Source of the DNA: Octopus vulgaris
Lineage: Eukaryota
NCBI GenBank assembly: GCA_951406725.2
Contig: OX597829.1
Coordinates: 47,368,001-47,432,000, forward strand
Direction of reading: 5' to 3'
Length of the DNA stretch: 64,000 nt
In this document: positions 37,725 to 51,535 of the stretch, piece by piece
Layout of the letters: each line of letters starts with the position of its first letter
Numbering within the stretch: position 1 is the first letter of the stretch
Notes under the pieces: model-generated
What the model was told of the DNA's origin: nothing
Database searches by the model: none
What the model saw: only the letters and a program-made list of their open reading frames with translations
Translations under genes and position numbers: made by a program

Positions 37725-38125
37725 CAACCAAATGGCTCCGGGTTCAGTCCCACTGCGTGGCACCTACATTGAGCGAGTGTCTTCCACTAAAGCCTCGGAC
37801 CGACCAAAGCCTTGTGAGTGTGTGTATGTGTGTTTATCCCCCAACTATCGCTTGACAACCGATGCTCGTGTGTTTACTTCCCCGTAACCTAGCGTTTCGG
37901 TAAAAGAAACCGATATGTAAAAGACTATATATATTATTGCGTTCACATGCGTGTCTTTATTTCTCCAACTCACCGCCGCTTGACAGCTGGTGTTGGTGTG
38001 TTTCGCTCCCGTAAACTAGCGATTTGACATAAAAAAAAGTGCCGGGATTGATTTGATCAACGAAACCCTTCAAGGTGGTACCTTAGCATTGCCGCAGTCC
38101 AATGGCTAAAACAAGTCGAAGAATA
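37513..38125 (+). mobile_element. Nested or degenerate SINE-A pieces
   Basis: Old head 37513-37680, younger copy 37722-37915, old tail 37940-38125. Confidence 0.65.
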
Positions 38126-38302
38126 ATGAACTCACTAGCATTAATGGCAATTTGTGTAAAACGCAGACTAAGTGTATTAAAGGTTGGTCTAGTCGGTACA
38201 TCGATCCAAAGCCTGGAGATTCAAGGGGTGGGGGGCGGGGGTGACCCGTAAATTCATGAAATTAAGGCGGCTCCCCTCTTCTTTCTGGGAAAAGGGGAGA
38301 TG

Positions 38303-38628
38303 TGTCCCACTGCGTGGCACCTTGGGCAAGTGTCTTCTAATATAGCCCCGGACCGACCAAAGCCTTGTGAGTGGAGTTGGTAGGCGGAAACTGAAAGAAG
38401 CCTGTCGTGTATATGTATGTATGTGTATGTGTTTGTCCCCCCAACATCGCTTGACAACCGATGCTGGTGTGTTTACGTCCCCAATACTTAGCGGTTCGGC
38501 AAAAGACACCGATAGAATAAGTACTAGGATTACAAAGAATAAGTCCTGGGGTCAATTTCCTCGACTAAAGACGATGTTCCAGCATGGCCACAGTCAAATG
38601 GTTGAAACAAGGAAAAGAGTAAAAGAGT
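38303..38628 (+). mobile_element. SINE-A, 5'-truncated
   Basis: gtcccactgcgtggcaccttgggcaag...aaaagagtaaaagag. Confidence 0.9.
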
Positions 38629-39944
38629 ATAATTTTAAACATTTGCCTACTACATGTGAGTATGCTAACTCAGACTGAAGTGGGTCTTTCATGCGGAGGA
38701 CATCCCTGAGAAATTAAAAGAATTATTCCATGCTACATTCACAGTTGGTTTTTTTTTTTTTTTTTTTTCCACTTAGTTATAGTATAAGGTACTGCGTGCT
38801 CGTGTGGTGGGAGCCATGAATGTCACACAATCCACACTCGCGGTTTCGATAGTTATTGTAAAGTAGGTCACTGGATGGCAGGTAGGTTGGTTGGTTGGTT
38901 GGTAAGTGAGCCGAAACAAACTAACAATGAAACAAATGAACGAAGGAAGAAAAAAGAAAAAAAAAGAACGAGGGTGAGGGATGAATGCGAAATAAGTTGA
39001 GGGTGGGGGGGGGGGGGGGGAAATAGAACAGAGGTAAAAAGCCTGTGAATGAGAGAGAGAGAGAGAGAGAGAGAGTGAGTGATGGAGGGAGAGGTGGAAA
39101 AAATAAGAAGGAAATAGGTGGGTATAGGATGAGAAAACGAGGAAAGAATCGCAAACGATAGGAATAGAGAAAATAAACAGGTTGAAGAGAGAGAGAGAAA
39201 AGGTAATTCTGACTGTAGTATTATCATTACTGTACATGAAACAGAAAAGTGAGCGAAGCGGGAGAAAATGAAGGTGAGCGAACAACTAAAAAGCAAAGTA
39301 ACGGCATAATTAAAAATAGTGAAAGGCAAAACTAAATAAACCGTGAAAAGAAATATTTCAGAAACAACAGAAAAAAAAACAAACTATATATTAATGTGAG
39401 AGAAATACAATGTAAGGGAGAGAGATGTAGTGAGAAAAAAAAAATACTGATTGAAATAATATATTATATGAAAATGCGGCAACAATAGAAAGTGTGTTTT
39501 TCTTTTAATTTAGTAAAAAAGATCGATTCTGTTTCATCTGATCGTATCTTGACATGTGAGCCTTTACTTGGCAAACGAGGTTTCTATTTTTTTTTTGTTT
39601 TTCTTTTTTTTTTGTTTTATTTTCTTTGATCCATTTCGGGGAGTAATGTTCCTGCAACTGTTAAATTTCCATGTTACTTTCTCTACTATGTTGGGTTGGT
39701 ATGAAGTCTGCGAATATTTTATAGAAGCAGGTATAAAAAGAGATACCTTTCAGGTTCCTCTCGGATGCACACGTGACGTAAACGATATTCAATTAATGTT
39801 ATACAATGTTATACATTGTTATACAATGTTATACAACAAATTCTAGACAATTATAGCATATTTTTGGTCGACAGACTTTATGAAATGAACAATCTAATCT
39901 AAATGGGATCACACCCACTGGTCTTAAAAGGAAGACATTATCTT

Positions 39945-40330
39945 TTATCTTTCAGTTATTAGACAGCGGCCATCCTGGGGCACCGGCTTGATTTTAAAAA
40001 AAAAAGTTTCTTTAATGGAATGAGTCGACCCCAGCTCTTATTTTTTAAGCCTGGTACTTATTCTATCAGTCTCATCTGCCAAACCGCTAAATTACAGGGA
40101 CGTAAACATACATACCAACAGGGGTTGTCAAGTTGTGATGGGGTGAGGTGGGGGACAAACATAGATATACACACAGATAAATATACATATATATACGAAG
40201 GGTTTCTTTCAGTTTCCGTCTACCAAATGCACTCACAAGGCTTCTGTCGGCTCGAGGCTGCAGTAAAAGACACTTGCCAAGTTGCCATTAAGTGGGACTG
40301 AACCCAGAACCACGTTGTTGGGAAGCAAGC
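39945..40330 (-). mobile_element. SINE-A, diverged
   Basis: gtacttattctatc, cagtttccgtctaccaaat, gtgggactgaaccc. Confidence 0.8.
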
Positions 40331-40861
40331 TCCAGAACCCTTACGAATTTGGGGTTTCTCCGGGTTAAAAAAAAAAGGTTAACCAAAAACGAAGAGAAAC
40401 TTAGATCTTGGATGAAACTTTGTGATGTATATATTCAGAAGACACAATTACAAATATTGCTAGTGTCTGTTTTTGAGTGCTCACGCACACAAAGTGTGTG
40501 TGTTTGTGTGTGTGTGTGTGTGTGTGAATATTACAAAAGCGGTAAGCAAGCAGAATCTTTAAGTATAAAAAATAGATGCCATGTGAGCGGCTATTTATGT
40601 TCGTGTTTTCTTTTTTATTTCTTCATAAATAAATTCATTAGCCAAATGGCATCAGTAGCATAGCATATTGAAAAACGTCTGGAGATTCAGAAAATTATTT
40701 TACATACATACAAGAGGAATGACAACTAGGTGGACACCTAATATGCTAAATGTAGACCCCATATGGTCTGACCACTAAGAAAAATTCTTCTCAAGAAAAT
40801 TCGGCAAACGCCAGAACGTAAAGCAGGCAAGACGGTCATTCCTCTTATGTGTATATAATAT

Positions 40862-40864
<3 letters not shown>

Positions 40865-40905
<41 letters not shown>

Positions 40906-41086
40906 TCCTCCCACCGTCGCTTGACAACCCGTAACTTAGCGGTTCGGCAAAAAAGACAGAATAAATACAAGGCTTACAAAGAATAAGTCCTGGGGTCGAT
41001 TTGTTCGACTAACGGCAGTGCTCCAGCATGGTCGCAGTCAAATGACTGTACACTATACAATAGATGTACACCATACAAAGTAAAAG
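40865..41086 (+). mobile_element. SINE-A 3' half
   Basis: (TG)n then cgcttgacaacc...cagtcaaatgactg. Confidence 0.8.
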
Positions 41087-41092
41087 AAGAGA

Positions 41093-41133
<41 letters not shown>

Positions 41134-42270
41134 GTTAATAAAATAGAACATATGCATATATATAAACATATATGTACGTACCTACCTCTACATGTACATA
41201 TACACGCATATATGTGTACAGGACACCAAAAAGACGTCGAACACATAGAGAGACGAAAAACATAGACACAAACCAAGGAACAAGACAAGCAAAAAAAGAG
41301 ATACAGGACAATAAGCACAACGAAAAATCCCCTTCTTCAGTCGCTAAGGTTTCATCTATATATATAAACACGCACACACACACACACACACATATACATA
41401 CACGTACATACACACACTTGTGCGACGCATCAGCAACAGGCAGAATGAAATATACAAGATCACAAAACTTGATCGTATTCTTCCATTTAAAACTAAAATG
41501 GAGAATGGATGCTGCTTTACAGCTAAAAGATCAACGCTATTATTTAGTTTTCTATAACTAATTTAAACATCCCCGCAAACAATCTGCTACTTGTTCTTTT
41601 TTTTTACTGTTCCGAAATTCTTCAAGAGAATAAAAAAAAAAAAATAATAAAATAAAAATTCAGAACCTTAGATTCCGACCTACTGACCGCCACCTGACCT
41701 CCCCACATCTGCCACACAATATAGGTCATGTAACGCCTGGCATAACTCTGTCTACTAACATCATTCATTTATGTATCACATTCCCAACGGAGATTAGCGA
41801 CCCACTACAAAACGCAGGCTGTTGGATCGGAAATAAGAAAAAAAAAACCCAAAAAAACGGAAAATCGTACAAAAATAAATACTTGCGGAACGTTTTTATT
41901 TTCGCGTAGGAAAGAACTTCTCTAATCCTGGTTGAAACGTCTTCGTATAGTCCAAAGATAGTCGGATCCAAAGGCGGACATCATTAACCTTTTGAAAAAA
42001 AAAAAATCATATATCATATTATAGAAAAATGGCTGCATATTACAATAATAAATTGAATATTTATTTTCCGGCAAGCACTGTCATAAATACATTTTTATAT
42101 AATCTGTATATAAAGGGAATTATATAACACGTTTTCGACAACCATCAAAGCTGATTGAGACCCGAACTAGTTAAAATTACTTTGCTTTCTCTCCAGTTTT
42201 TTTTTCTTTGGTTATTAAATACTTGGATTATGTTTTTGTTATAGCATTATTTTTCTTTCTGATTTTTCTT

Positions 42271-42304
<34 letters not shown>

Positions 42305-42310
<6 letters not shown>

Positions 42311-42533
42311 TTATTTGTTTGTCATTAGACTGCGGCCATGTTGGAGCACCGCCTTTAGTCCTGCAAATCGACCCCAGGACTTATTCTTTGTAAGCCTAGT
42401 ACTTATTCTATCGGTCTCTTTTGCCAAACCGCTAAGTGACAGAGACGTAAACACACAAGCATCGGTTGTCAAGTGATGTTGGGGTAACAAGCAGACACAC
42501 AAACATTTACATACACAGACACACACACACACG

Positions 42534-42565
<32 letters not shown>

Positions 42566-42728
42566 CATATATACGACAGGCTTCTTTCAGTTTCCGTCTA
42601 CCAAATCCACTCACAAGGCATTGGTCGGCCCGGGGCTATAGCAGAAGACACTTGCCCAAGATGCCACGCAGTGGGACTGAACCCGGAACCATGTGGCTGG
42701 TTAGCAAGCTACTTATTACACAGCCAGC
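42305..42728 (-). mobile_element. SINE-A near full length
   Basis: Reverse copy; head region nearly identical to the 16808 copy. Confidence 0.9.
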
Positions 42729-42834
42729 CATACATACATACATACATACATGGGGATGGAATAAAGTGTTACTCAGATATGTGGAAGAGGATAGTGACGT
42801 GCGCGGACTGGTGTTGTTTTATTGGTTTCAGTGT

Positions 42835-43026
42835 TAGGCACAAGACCAGCAATTTTGGGGCAGATTGTAAGTCGACTACATCGATCCCAGTGTTCAACTG
42901 GTACTTATTTTATCGTCCCTGAAATGATGAAAAGCAAAAGTCGACTTCGGCGGGATTTAAACTCAGAACGTAAAGATGGAGGAAACGCCGTTAAGCCCAC
43001 TAACGATTTCTACCAGCTCGCCGCCT
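42835..43026 (-). mobile_element. SINE-B, degenerate (tail 2)
   Basis: aactggtacttattttatcg, ccagctcgccgcc. Confidence 0.78.
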
Positions 43027-43367
43027 TCTAGTGCTGTTATATCAGCCAGACTGCTTTTTTCCTGTTGTTCATAGCTGGTCTCAGCTTCTTAATAAGGAGG
43101 TTCTTAGATTGCTTGTATAACGGCGAATGTTTCTGATGGATTCTGTGAAATCCCGGAGCTGGCAATTTTGTTTTTAAATGGGCTTGATATGTGTAATAAA
43201 TTACAAACTCATACCACCATACATACATACATATATACATACATACATACACCATACTACTATAGATGTATGCCATACAAATAAATGCGCACGTCTAACA
43301 ATTTTTACGAAGATCAAGATTCGTAGAACATGTGCAATAGTTGTAGTTGCTGAAAAAAGCCTTGTCT

Positions 43368-43405
<38 letters not shown>

Positions 43406-43537
43406 TCGGCATATATTTGTATCGATCGATACTTATTGTATAATGCATGCCATTTATAATTTTACTGCATATTGAATAAGTGCTTTGTTACTGAAGTTTT
43501 CACTTACGCATATGCTTGTGTATGTAATACACTCACA

Positions 43538-43579
<42 letters not shown>

Positions 43580-43583
<4 letters not shown>

Positions 43584-43870
43584 GGCGTACTGGCCAGGTT
43601 CCTAGCTTGCCCGATGGCAAGTGGGCTCCAGCGCCATCAGAATCCATATATGGGGGACCATGTTACTATCTAAGGGGTCCATTCCCTCATGTTTGAGAAT
43701 TTGTTATTCACTCCTGGAAGAATGCATTATTTCAGCCTAACTGTATTCGTAGACAGTTGAAAAGAATACTTTTAACAAAACAAAAAGAAAAAGAAATGAT
43801 AGCATTGTAGTTGCGGATGGGCCCCCTAAATCTTCTGGCAACCAATATTTTTAGAGCCAGTCCGCCACTA
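43580..43870. mobile_element. hAT-like MITE between CA and TA repeats
   Basis: TIR cagtggcgtactgg / ccagtccgccacta. Confidence 0.7.
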
Positions 43871-43889
43871 TATATATATATATATATAT

Positions 43890-44274
43890 ACTCTTTTACT
43901 TGTTTGTCATTTGACTGCGGCCATGCTGGAGCACCGCCTTTAGTCGAGCAAATCGACCCCGGGACTTATTCTTTGTAAGCCCAGTACTTATTCTATCGGT
44001 CTCTTTTGCCGAACCACTAAGTGACGGGGACATAAACACACCAGCATCGGTTGTCAAGCAATGCTAAGGGGAAAAACACAGACACACAAACATACACACA
44101 TACATATATACATATATACGACAGGCTTCTTTCAGCTTCCGTCTACCAAATCCACTCACAAGGCATTGGTCGGCCCGGGGCTATAGCAGAAGACACTTGC
44201 CCAAGATGCCACGCAGTGGTACTGAACCCGGAACCATGTGGTTGGTTAGCAAGCTACTTACCACACAGCCACTC
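43890..44274 (-). mobile_element. SINE-A near full length
   Basis: Reverse copy. Confidence 0.92.
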
Positions 44275-45341
44275 TCTCTATCTCTCTCTATATATATATA
44301 TATTAAACGAAATAATTCAGTAGCGCGTATTTGAGCAGAGGAATAAAGGTACATTAAATAAAACACAATACAAAACAGATCTTTGATGTGTAAAAATCAT
44401 CACCGCTTACAGAATTGTTTGGACAATCATTTAGTGGCAATGGGTATCAAGCTCTAAATGCCACACAGAAAAAGAGCTTTTGATTGCCCGGAGACAAGAA
44501 GACAGCAGCGGACACGTTTCTATCTCAACTGTCATTAGCTCAGCAGCTGTCCTACCTGTCCCCAGCAGAGGTAATATATTTAGATGTGTGTGCGCGTGCG
44601 CGTACGAGCTCAAACATGACCAGTAGATACACCACACATGAACACGTCAACTGAAAATGCTAAAATTCGAAGAAAAATCTGATTGTTCCTGACACACATA
44701 CAATACGGTGTATACTTGCCTCTAGATATATAATCTTATATAAAAGTATGCTTATATATATGTACTGCAAGTTACACATAAAGGCAGACAAGACTCCATT
44801 CAAGACATTGCTATTGTCCCTATAATTACGTGCTACCCACTAATACAGCTATGCATTCAATAAACTCCATTATGATTCCTGTCTGTAATACAGCACTCTA
44901 GAATAAACCTGGAGGCCATTTTGTGTGTATGTATGTGTTTGTGTGTGTGTTTATAATGTATCATAGACATTCAGTCTATATATTTTACTAGCAAGCTGCC
45001 TAAGACTTTTTAACTAGATTTCCTATTCTAGAGTTAAGATTTCAGACGTTTTCAGAATTCCTTTAGGTGACAGGTTTTACTATTTATGTATTTATGTATG
45101 TATGAGCTAAAGACATCGTATTCATGCTGAGTAGCAAAGTGTCATTAAGCCGATGCCCAACATCTTTACATTACACCAAAGGGAGTTAATAAAACATCAG
45201 AGGTATCATGTTTATGCACAATATAAGCGTAAGCAGAATACGCTTGTATTTGTATTTAACTGTTACCTTCATTCACTCTACAAACTATTCTGGGTGGTCT
45301 GTGCAATATATATAGATAGATATATATATATAGATATATAT

Positions 45342-45620
45342 AAACAATTGCAGTGTGGAAGGTGTTTATAAGCCATTTAAGAAACACACAAAACCGTTAG
45401 ATTCACTTCAACATTTAAATTTAATTTCTCAAAATATTTTCGTCTCTTTGAGACCGCGACCTGACGAAAATACTTTGACAAATTAAATTTAAATGTTGAA
45501 GTGAATCTAACGGTTTTGTGTGTTTCTTAAATGGCTTATAAACACCTTCCACGCTGCAATTGTTTTCATTCCAGCACACGATCTCAGATCAAGTCACTTG
45601 CTATGCAAGTACATCTCCGT
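45342..45620. mobile_element. Fold-back insert in (TA)n, ~103-bp arms; probable Penelope-like terminal repeat
   Basis: Arms 45342-45444 / 45463-45564, 18-nt loop, one-sided ~55-bp extension, TA repeats on both sides. Confidence 0.75.
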
Positions 45621-45621
45621 A

Positions 45622-45653
<32 letters not shown>

Positions 45654-46029
45654 TTAGACAATCATCTAAGGGATAATAAATATCCAATATACTACTGGAT
45701 ATATACCTGTTTATATCCAAATGCTTACTGTTGCAAGGCAATAATGCAATTGAATAATAGGTATGCGTGGATTTCACTTATAAAATGTGTTTTATGTGTA
45801 GAGTGTGTCAGCGTAGTTGAGTGCCTGAAAGCAGGGAGCTGAAAAATATTTGAAGACGATGTTTCTGGTGGTTTCATTATTATACAATTTAATTAACCAT
45901 GTTATATTCCGTATTCATTTAAGCTTATTGGACTCGAATCTTTGAAGCAGTAAACCGATTCTCCATCGGTTTTGATGATGAGTTCTCCTGTTAAGTTAAT
46001 TTATCTAATCACTGAATTACAGTATGATT

Positions 46030-46200
46030 GGTTGAAGATTTCACAGAAACTTGTACACTTGACCGTGACACGCTGATTCTTCAGGCAGAACAGACGTATT
46101 ACAGTGTCTGTTGGTCAGGCTTGCATTACAAGTGTGCAATCGTTCCGATTAACTTCCACGGCTAAAAACGGAATTTTCAACAGCTCATCATACGTTACTA
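46030..46200 (+). pseudogene. Decayed mariner transposase N-terminal relic
   Basis: Collinear remnants DTLI/RQNRRITVS, LHYKCAIVP (resembling LGYRKVCARWVP), LTSTAK/NFQQLIIRY. Confidence 0.45.
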
Positions 46201-47112
46201 AACACAGTGAAGCTAAAGATTAAAACTTAAATATGATACACTTCACTAACGAGGTGGCCTAATATTTTAGTTTTACTGGAAATGAATGAGGTCAAAATTT
46301 TACCAGAAATGAAAGAGGTCAAATAGTTATTTCAACAGGGCAATTCAACTGCTTATATTATTTGAGCGTAAGATTGATAGTCAAAATAGTACATGGTAGT
46401 TAGGTAAAAAATATTGTTGGAGGTTACCTAAGTGGGTCAGTGAGAAAATGTTATATATACGTGGCTGCGATAGGAGTATGGCTTTCATAAGTAAGCATAT
46501 ACGTTGCATGTATGCGTATATAAACAATTACATATATGTTGATAATGTGTCAATCGGGTACGAGATACATAATCGGGTAAAGAGATACATAATTACATAC
46601 GTATATTATTGTCTTCAATTTCACAGGAAATTCATTTAGAAATCAATATCGGCAATTGTAAAAGGTAGATGAGTTACAAGCTGAATGACTTCCCAGACAC
46701 CGATGGCAAGGAACCTCTTATAATCTGCACTATGATTCACGAACGGGAGCTTCAAATTTCCATGGTCGCCTGATTAGCTTATGGTACCTTGCACAGTACA
46801 GTGTTAATAAATTTGTACCAGTTATACTAATGTACAGGCGCTTGTATTTCATTTAATTATTAAAATAAATTTAGTATTTGTATAATTTAGAGTACTGAGC
46901 AAGGCAATCACACCTAGTTCGGAAAAATCACTAATAAGGGAAGAGTTTGGAAACAAGGTTTCCAGAAAATCGATACTGTAACTGTATTGGAGATGGACTG
47001 GTTTGTACAATGAAAGATTTAATAAAATGGTTCTTAGCCTTTCATGATTCCAGACAACTACAAAAAAAAAAGAAAAAAATTGCACTATGTGTCTTCGAAC
47101 TTTGTTTTAGAT

Positions 47113-47365
47113 CAGCAATCCACAACTTTTTTTTTTTTTACACCACGGACCAGTTTCACGCAAGAAAATTTTCCCATGAACCGGGGGATCATATGCATAA
47201 CAAAAAAAAAAGAAAATACATAATATATAGTTTAATTATTACATATACGTATATAAATGTAAAAAACCTCCTGCTCACTGCGAAAGTCAAAATAGAAATA
47301 ACATTTGAAATATTCTCTCAGAACGACCTCGGTACCGAATGATCTGCGATGGTTGGGGATCGCTT
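47113..47365. mobile_element. hAT-Charlie (MER1-like) MITE
   Basis: cagcaatccacaac / gttggggatcgct ends; internal caccacggaccagtttcacgcaagaaaattttcccatgaaccggggg. Confidence 0.6.
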
Positions 47366-47691
47366 TTATTAGACAATCAAATAGCCGGAAGTCACTCCTT
47401 TTTGCGTCAGCTCGACTTCAAAGTTGTCAGTAGCTTGGCTTTTCTTTTGCGTATGGAACACAACAGAAAAAGAAAATCATGAGGATTTTGTTCAGTTTAA
47501 TTATAGAAAACATCTCCCACCTTTGGTTCCCATAAATTCACAGTGTTGACATCCCAGTTATGAACAACCTATATTAATATTAAAAATAACAAGTAGAAGA
47601 AAGAGGAAATTCCCACAGATTTCATAGACAAGCCTTAGTTGTAGCTAGCTACAAGAGTGAGCTTAGTGCAAGTGAAACACATACAGATCTT

Positions 47692-47727
<36 letters not shown>

Positions 47728-49231
47728 GAGTGTGTGATCTTATATAAGAAAGCCAGTTTCATGAAAAAAGTGGATTAATGATGAGTACACACTCATATAG
47801 AAAATTTTCTTGTTAGGGAAAAATCTATCGGTAATTCCCTTCATGGGACTGTCACATTATGTTGACAGTATACAACTACTTTATCGGCAATTGTTAACAA
47901 TCTAATAATAAAAAGGGAGATGATTTCAAGTGGTTAAGAATCTTTGATAGTGAATTTGCACGTTTAGAATGTACATCTGATTTTTTATCGTTTGTACGAG
48001 ACGTCTATGGTCATGTTTCGGTCTATTTAAACCTCTACTTCGTAGCAGCGTTGACTCAAATTTGCTAATGTTTTAAAAAATATAAGCTAAGGGAAATGAA
48101 TAAAATGGGCCAATAGCATGAATTTGATTGTGTTTGTGTTCGGAATATCGCGATACACTTGCTTAAAATTCTTAATTGAAATTCCCTGTTGAATGGAGAA
48201 AAGATAGATTATTGGGTAGGTCTGCGCATTCGTCAAAAATCAGCTTCAAAGTCACAACCTACAACTTAAAAAAAAAGGAATAAACGCTTAGTTTTGGTTA
48301 TCTTTTTCGTTATCTTCTAGCAGCACCTCAACTCGAAGACCTTGCTAGTTCGGACAAATTTTTAAAATGCACTTTTCTAGTGTATCGTCAAGCTCTCATC
48401 AAATTTGTCACTTCTTCTCCCTCCCCACCCCAGCTCTGTCTCTCTCTCACTCTTTCCCTCTTTCTCCCTTTTCTCGTAAATTTTATTAAATTATCGTTAC
48501 CTTTTCATGTGTACCTGCTTATTGAATCGGAACATGATATGATGTTTACATACAATATTAATGATAACGTTGTTTATGATGTTCATACTAATTGTGAATA
48601 TACTTTTTATTACCACCCCCAAACACTGACATTTCTATATGAAGATGTCGGTAGGCGTTGTATAGAAATAGTACCGGAAGGCAGAGGCATTTTCACAAAA
48701 GTAAATAAAAATAATGAAACACAAATGGCGTAATACTTATCTCAACTAGAGTTTGCGTGTTAATGCGAATGTGCACGTTCGCAGTTTGTTCGTCTGCTTG
48801 ACAAGCTGCTGAATACCAGAGAGAGAGAAATGTTACGCATGAAAAAGTAATCCGGTGAAGACAGACCTAGTAACAACAACAAAAAAGAAAAAAAGACTTT
48901 CATCACCGGTTGGCTATTTATCCAAGAGAACAGAAATGGTTTTAAAAAAATGATTTGTATGATAAAACAGAATAGTAATTATTGATTCATTGATAGAAAA
49001 TAGTGAATGAATGAATGAATGGATGGAAGTTAGACAGTTGGGTTTTCAGATATGTACTCATCCATATACGCATGCGTATATAAACATAAATCTTTACTAC
49101 AGTAATACTCTTGTTTTTTTTTCTCCGTCACAACATATGAAGGAGAAAAGAAGTGGTGATAGATAAATAAGGAAGGAAGGGGGTGATGGCGAACTTGGTA
49201 GTAGGATGATGTAAGTTCTACAGCTCTGTGA

Positions 49232-49270
<39 letters not shown>

Positions 49271-50124
49271 GGGGAGGTGTATGTAAAGGGGAGGTGTGTA
49301 TGTATGTGTGCAATGGAAGTGGGATGGTGAACATTCAACGCTGAAAAGAAAAATCAAGCAGCGTTTTAACTCTGTGTGAGCATATGTGTGTATGTGTGCA
49401 TATACAAAGGAAGTATATGAATGTATGTGTGAATCAGCATTCTTTCAGTAACAAACGATGATCGATGTCACATCCCAAAAGACAACCACTAGATGACATT
49501 GACAAGTGTATTAACTTGATTTACCATCCATATTTATATATATAAAATACAATTAGCCATCATTTTTTACGGTACAGAGCCAGCTAGTATATATACATAA
49601 TTCATGACCACCACGTTTTCTTATTGTTTTTGCTTTCATATTGTGAATTAGTACTTTATTTTTTAAGACAGTGATATGTGAAAAACTTTGTAGCTGTTTC
49701 TAAAAGAAGTGGTATGTAAAGAAATTTTCGTTGGTTTAGTATGGGCCTATTTTTGTCACATCACTTGTCCCTATTAAATACCCTCTACATACACGTAAAC
49801 ATACCAACACCGGTTGTCAAGTGGTGGAGGACAAACTCAGATGCACACGCACATATTACATACATATTGCATACACATACATGCACACACAAATACATAC
49901 ACACGCACGCACACACACATACATATATAGTAAAAAAAATGAGTGCTTGCGTTGCATAAATATTTTCAGGATCAGATAAAAAGACAAGCGGAAAATATGG
50001 CATACCTGTGTGTGTATGTGTATACATATATATATAATTAAAAAAATATACTAAATACACAGGTGAACAGAAAACACAGAGGGTCAAACAACGCAATTTC
50101 GACCATTATCGATGATATTGCGGC

Positions 50125-50160
<36 letters not shown>

Positions 50161-50622
50161 TTGCATGACTTACGATGATCGGAATGCCGTTCCCTAAAAC
50201 GGATCAATGCAAATTTATATTAAAGGATACCCCGCACCATCACCACCGCTACTGCTTCTAATATAGTCCAAAGTCTAACAAACAAACCGCCCTCTATAGT
50301 CAATGTCATACCTATAAAGTACCATATAAAATACTACAGCAGTTATTTGGTTGGATGGTTAATAACTTGGTTGACTAGCGGTTTTGTTGGTCAAGAGCTG
50401 CAGGACATTTTGCGGAAGGTAGGCAGGAGAGTAAGTTTGTACTTATTAGTAACCAATAAGCTAAGACGAAAATAATTGGACAGTTTTAATATTACATTGA
50501 AATGTGATCACTATTGATAAAGAGAATCTTGGAGCAAGTGGCAAACTTCCGGTTATCCAAATCCAAAACATGCTTCCATCAACGAAACTAATCATTTCAT
50601 GAATGGCATTTATTTTCTACAG

Positions 50623-50909
50623 CATGGTTTCTTAACCATTTTTACCTATCGACCCCCTTTGATTATTTTACTTGGATGGAATCCCATAACGACTCCATGT
50701 TTAAGAACTCCTATTATATTTTTATAATTAAATATTATGACGACTTGTATGAAAATTAAAATATCTTGTGCAACGTGGACGTATAGACAATTTATTGCAC
50801 ATAAACTGGTCTGAGGCACAGTTTTCTCATGGCAGTGGACCCCCAATTTATCATATTGCATCTGTGGCCCCCCCCCAAATCTCACATGGACCCCGATTGA
50901 GAACCCCTG
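50623..50909. mobile_element. hAT-type MITE (family of 1385)
   Basis: catggtttcttaa / ttgagaacccctg; TSD ttctacag / ttctaaaa. Confidence 0.75.
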
Positions 50910-51086
50910 TTCTAAAAGATGAGCTAGCGTAACATGGCACAATCTTTAGATTTCCCTTTTTATAGCAAGATGTAATTATCACTCTGAGAATTGTTTGGTT
51001 ATGTGAAACGTTTTAATCTTATTTGGTTGGTGTGACAACACAGCTCACTCGATCACAACAACTACAACCGGAATATGCAAATAACT

Positions 51087-51535
51087 ATATACAAGTTCGA
51101 AACTCAAGCGATATATTGCTATCTCAACAATATTCTGTTTGTTATTGGCGAGCTGGCAGAAACGTCAGCACGCCGGGTGAAAATGCTCAGCGGTATTTCG
51201 TCTGCCGCTACGTTCTGAGTTCAAATTCCGCCGAGGCCGACTTTGCCTTTCATCTTTTCGGGGGTCGATTAAATATGTACCAGTTACGCACTGGGGTCAA
51301 TATAATCGACTTAATCTCTTTGTCTGTCCTTGTTTGTCCTCTCTGTGTTTAGCTCCCTGTGGTTAGTAAAGAAATAGGTATTTCGTCTGCCGCTACGTTC
51401 GCAGTTCAAATTCCGCCGACGTCGACTTTGCCTTTCATCCTTTCGGTGTCAATTAAATAAGTACCAGTTACGCACTACAATCGACTTAATCTCCCCCAAA
51501 TTTGAGGCCTTGAACTTCCAGTAGAAAGGATTATT
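51087..51535 (+). mobile_element. SINE-B dimer (tail 1 then tail 2)
   Basis: Junction at 51377. Confidence 0.9.
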
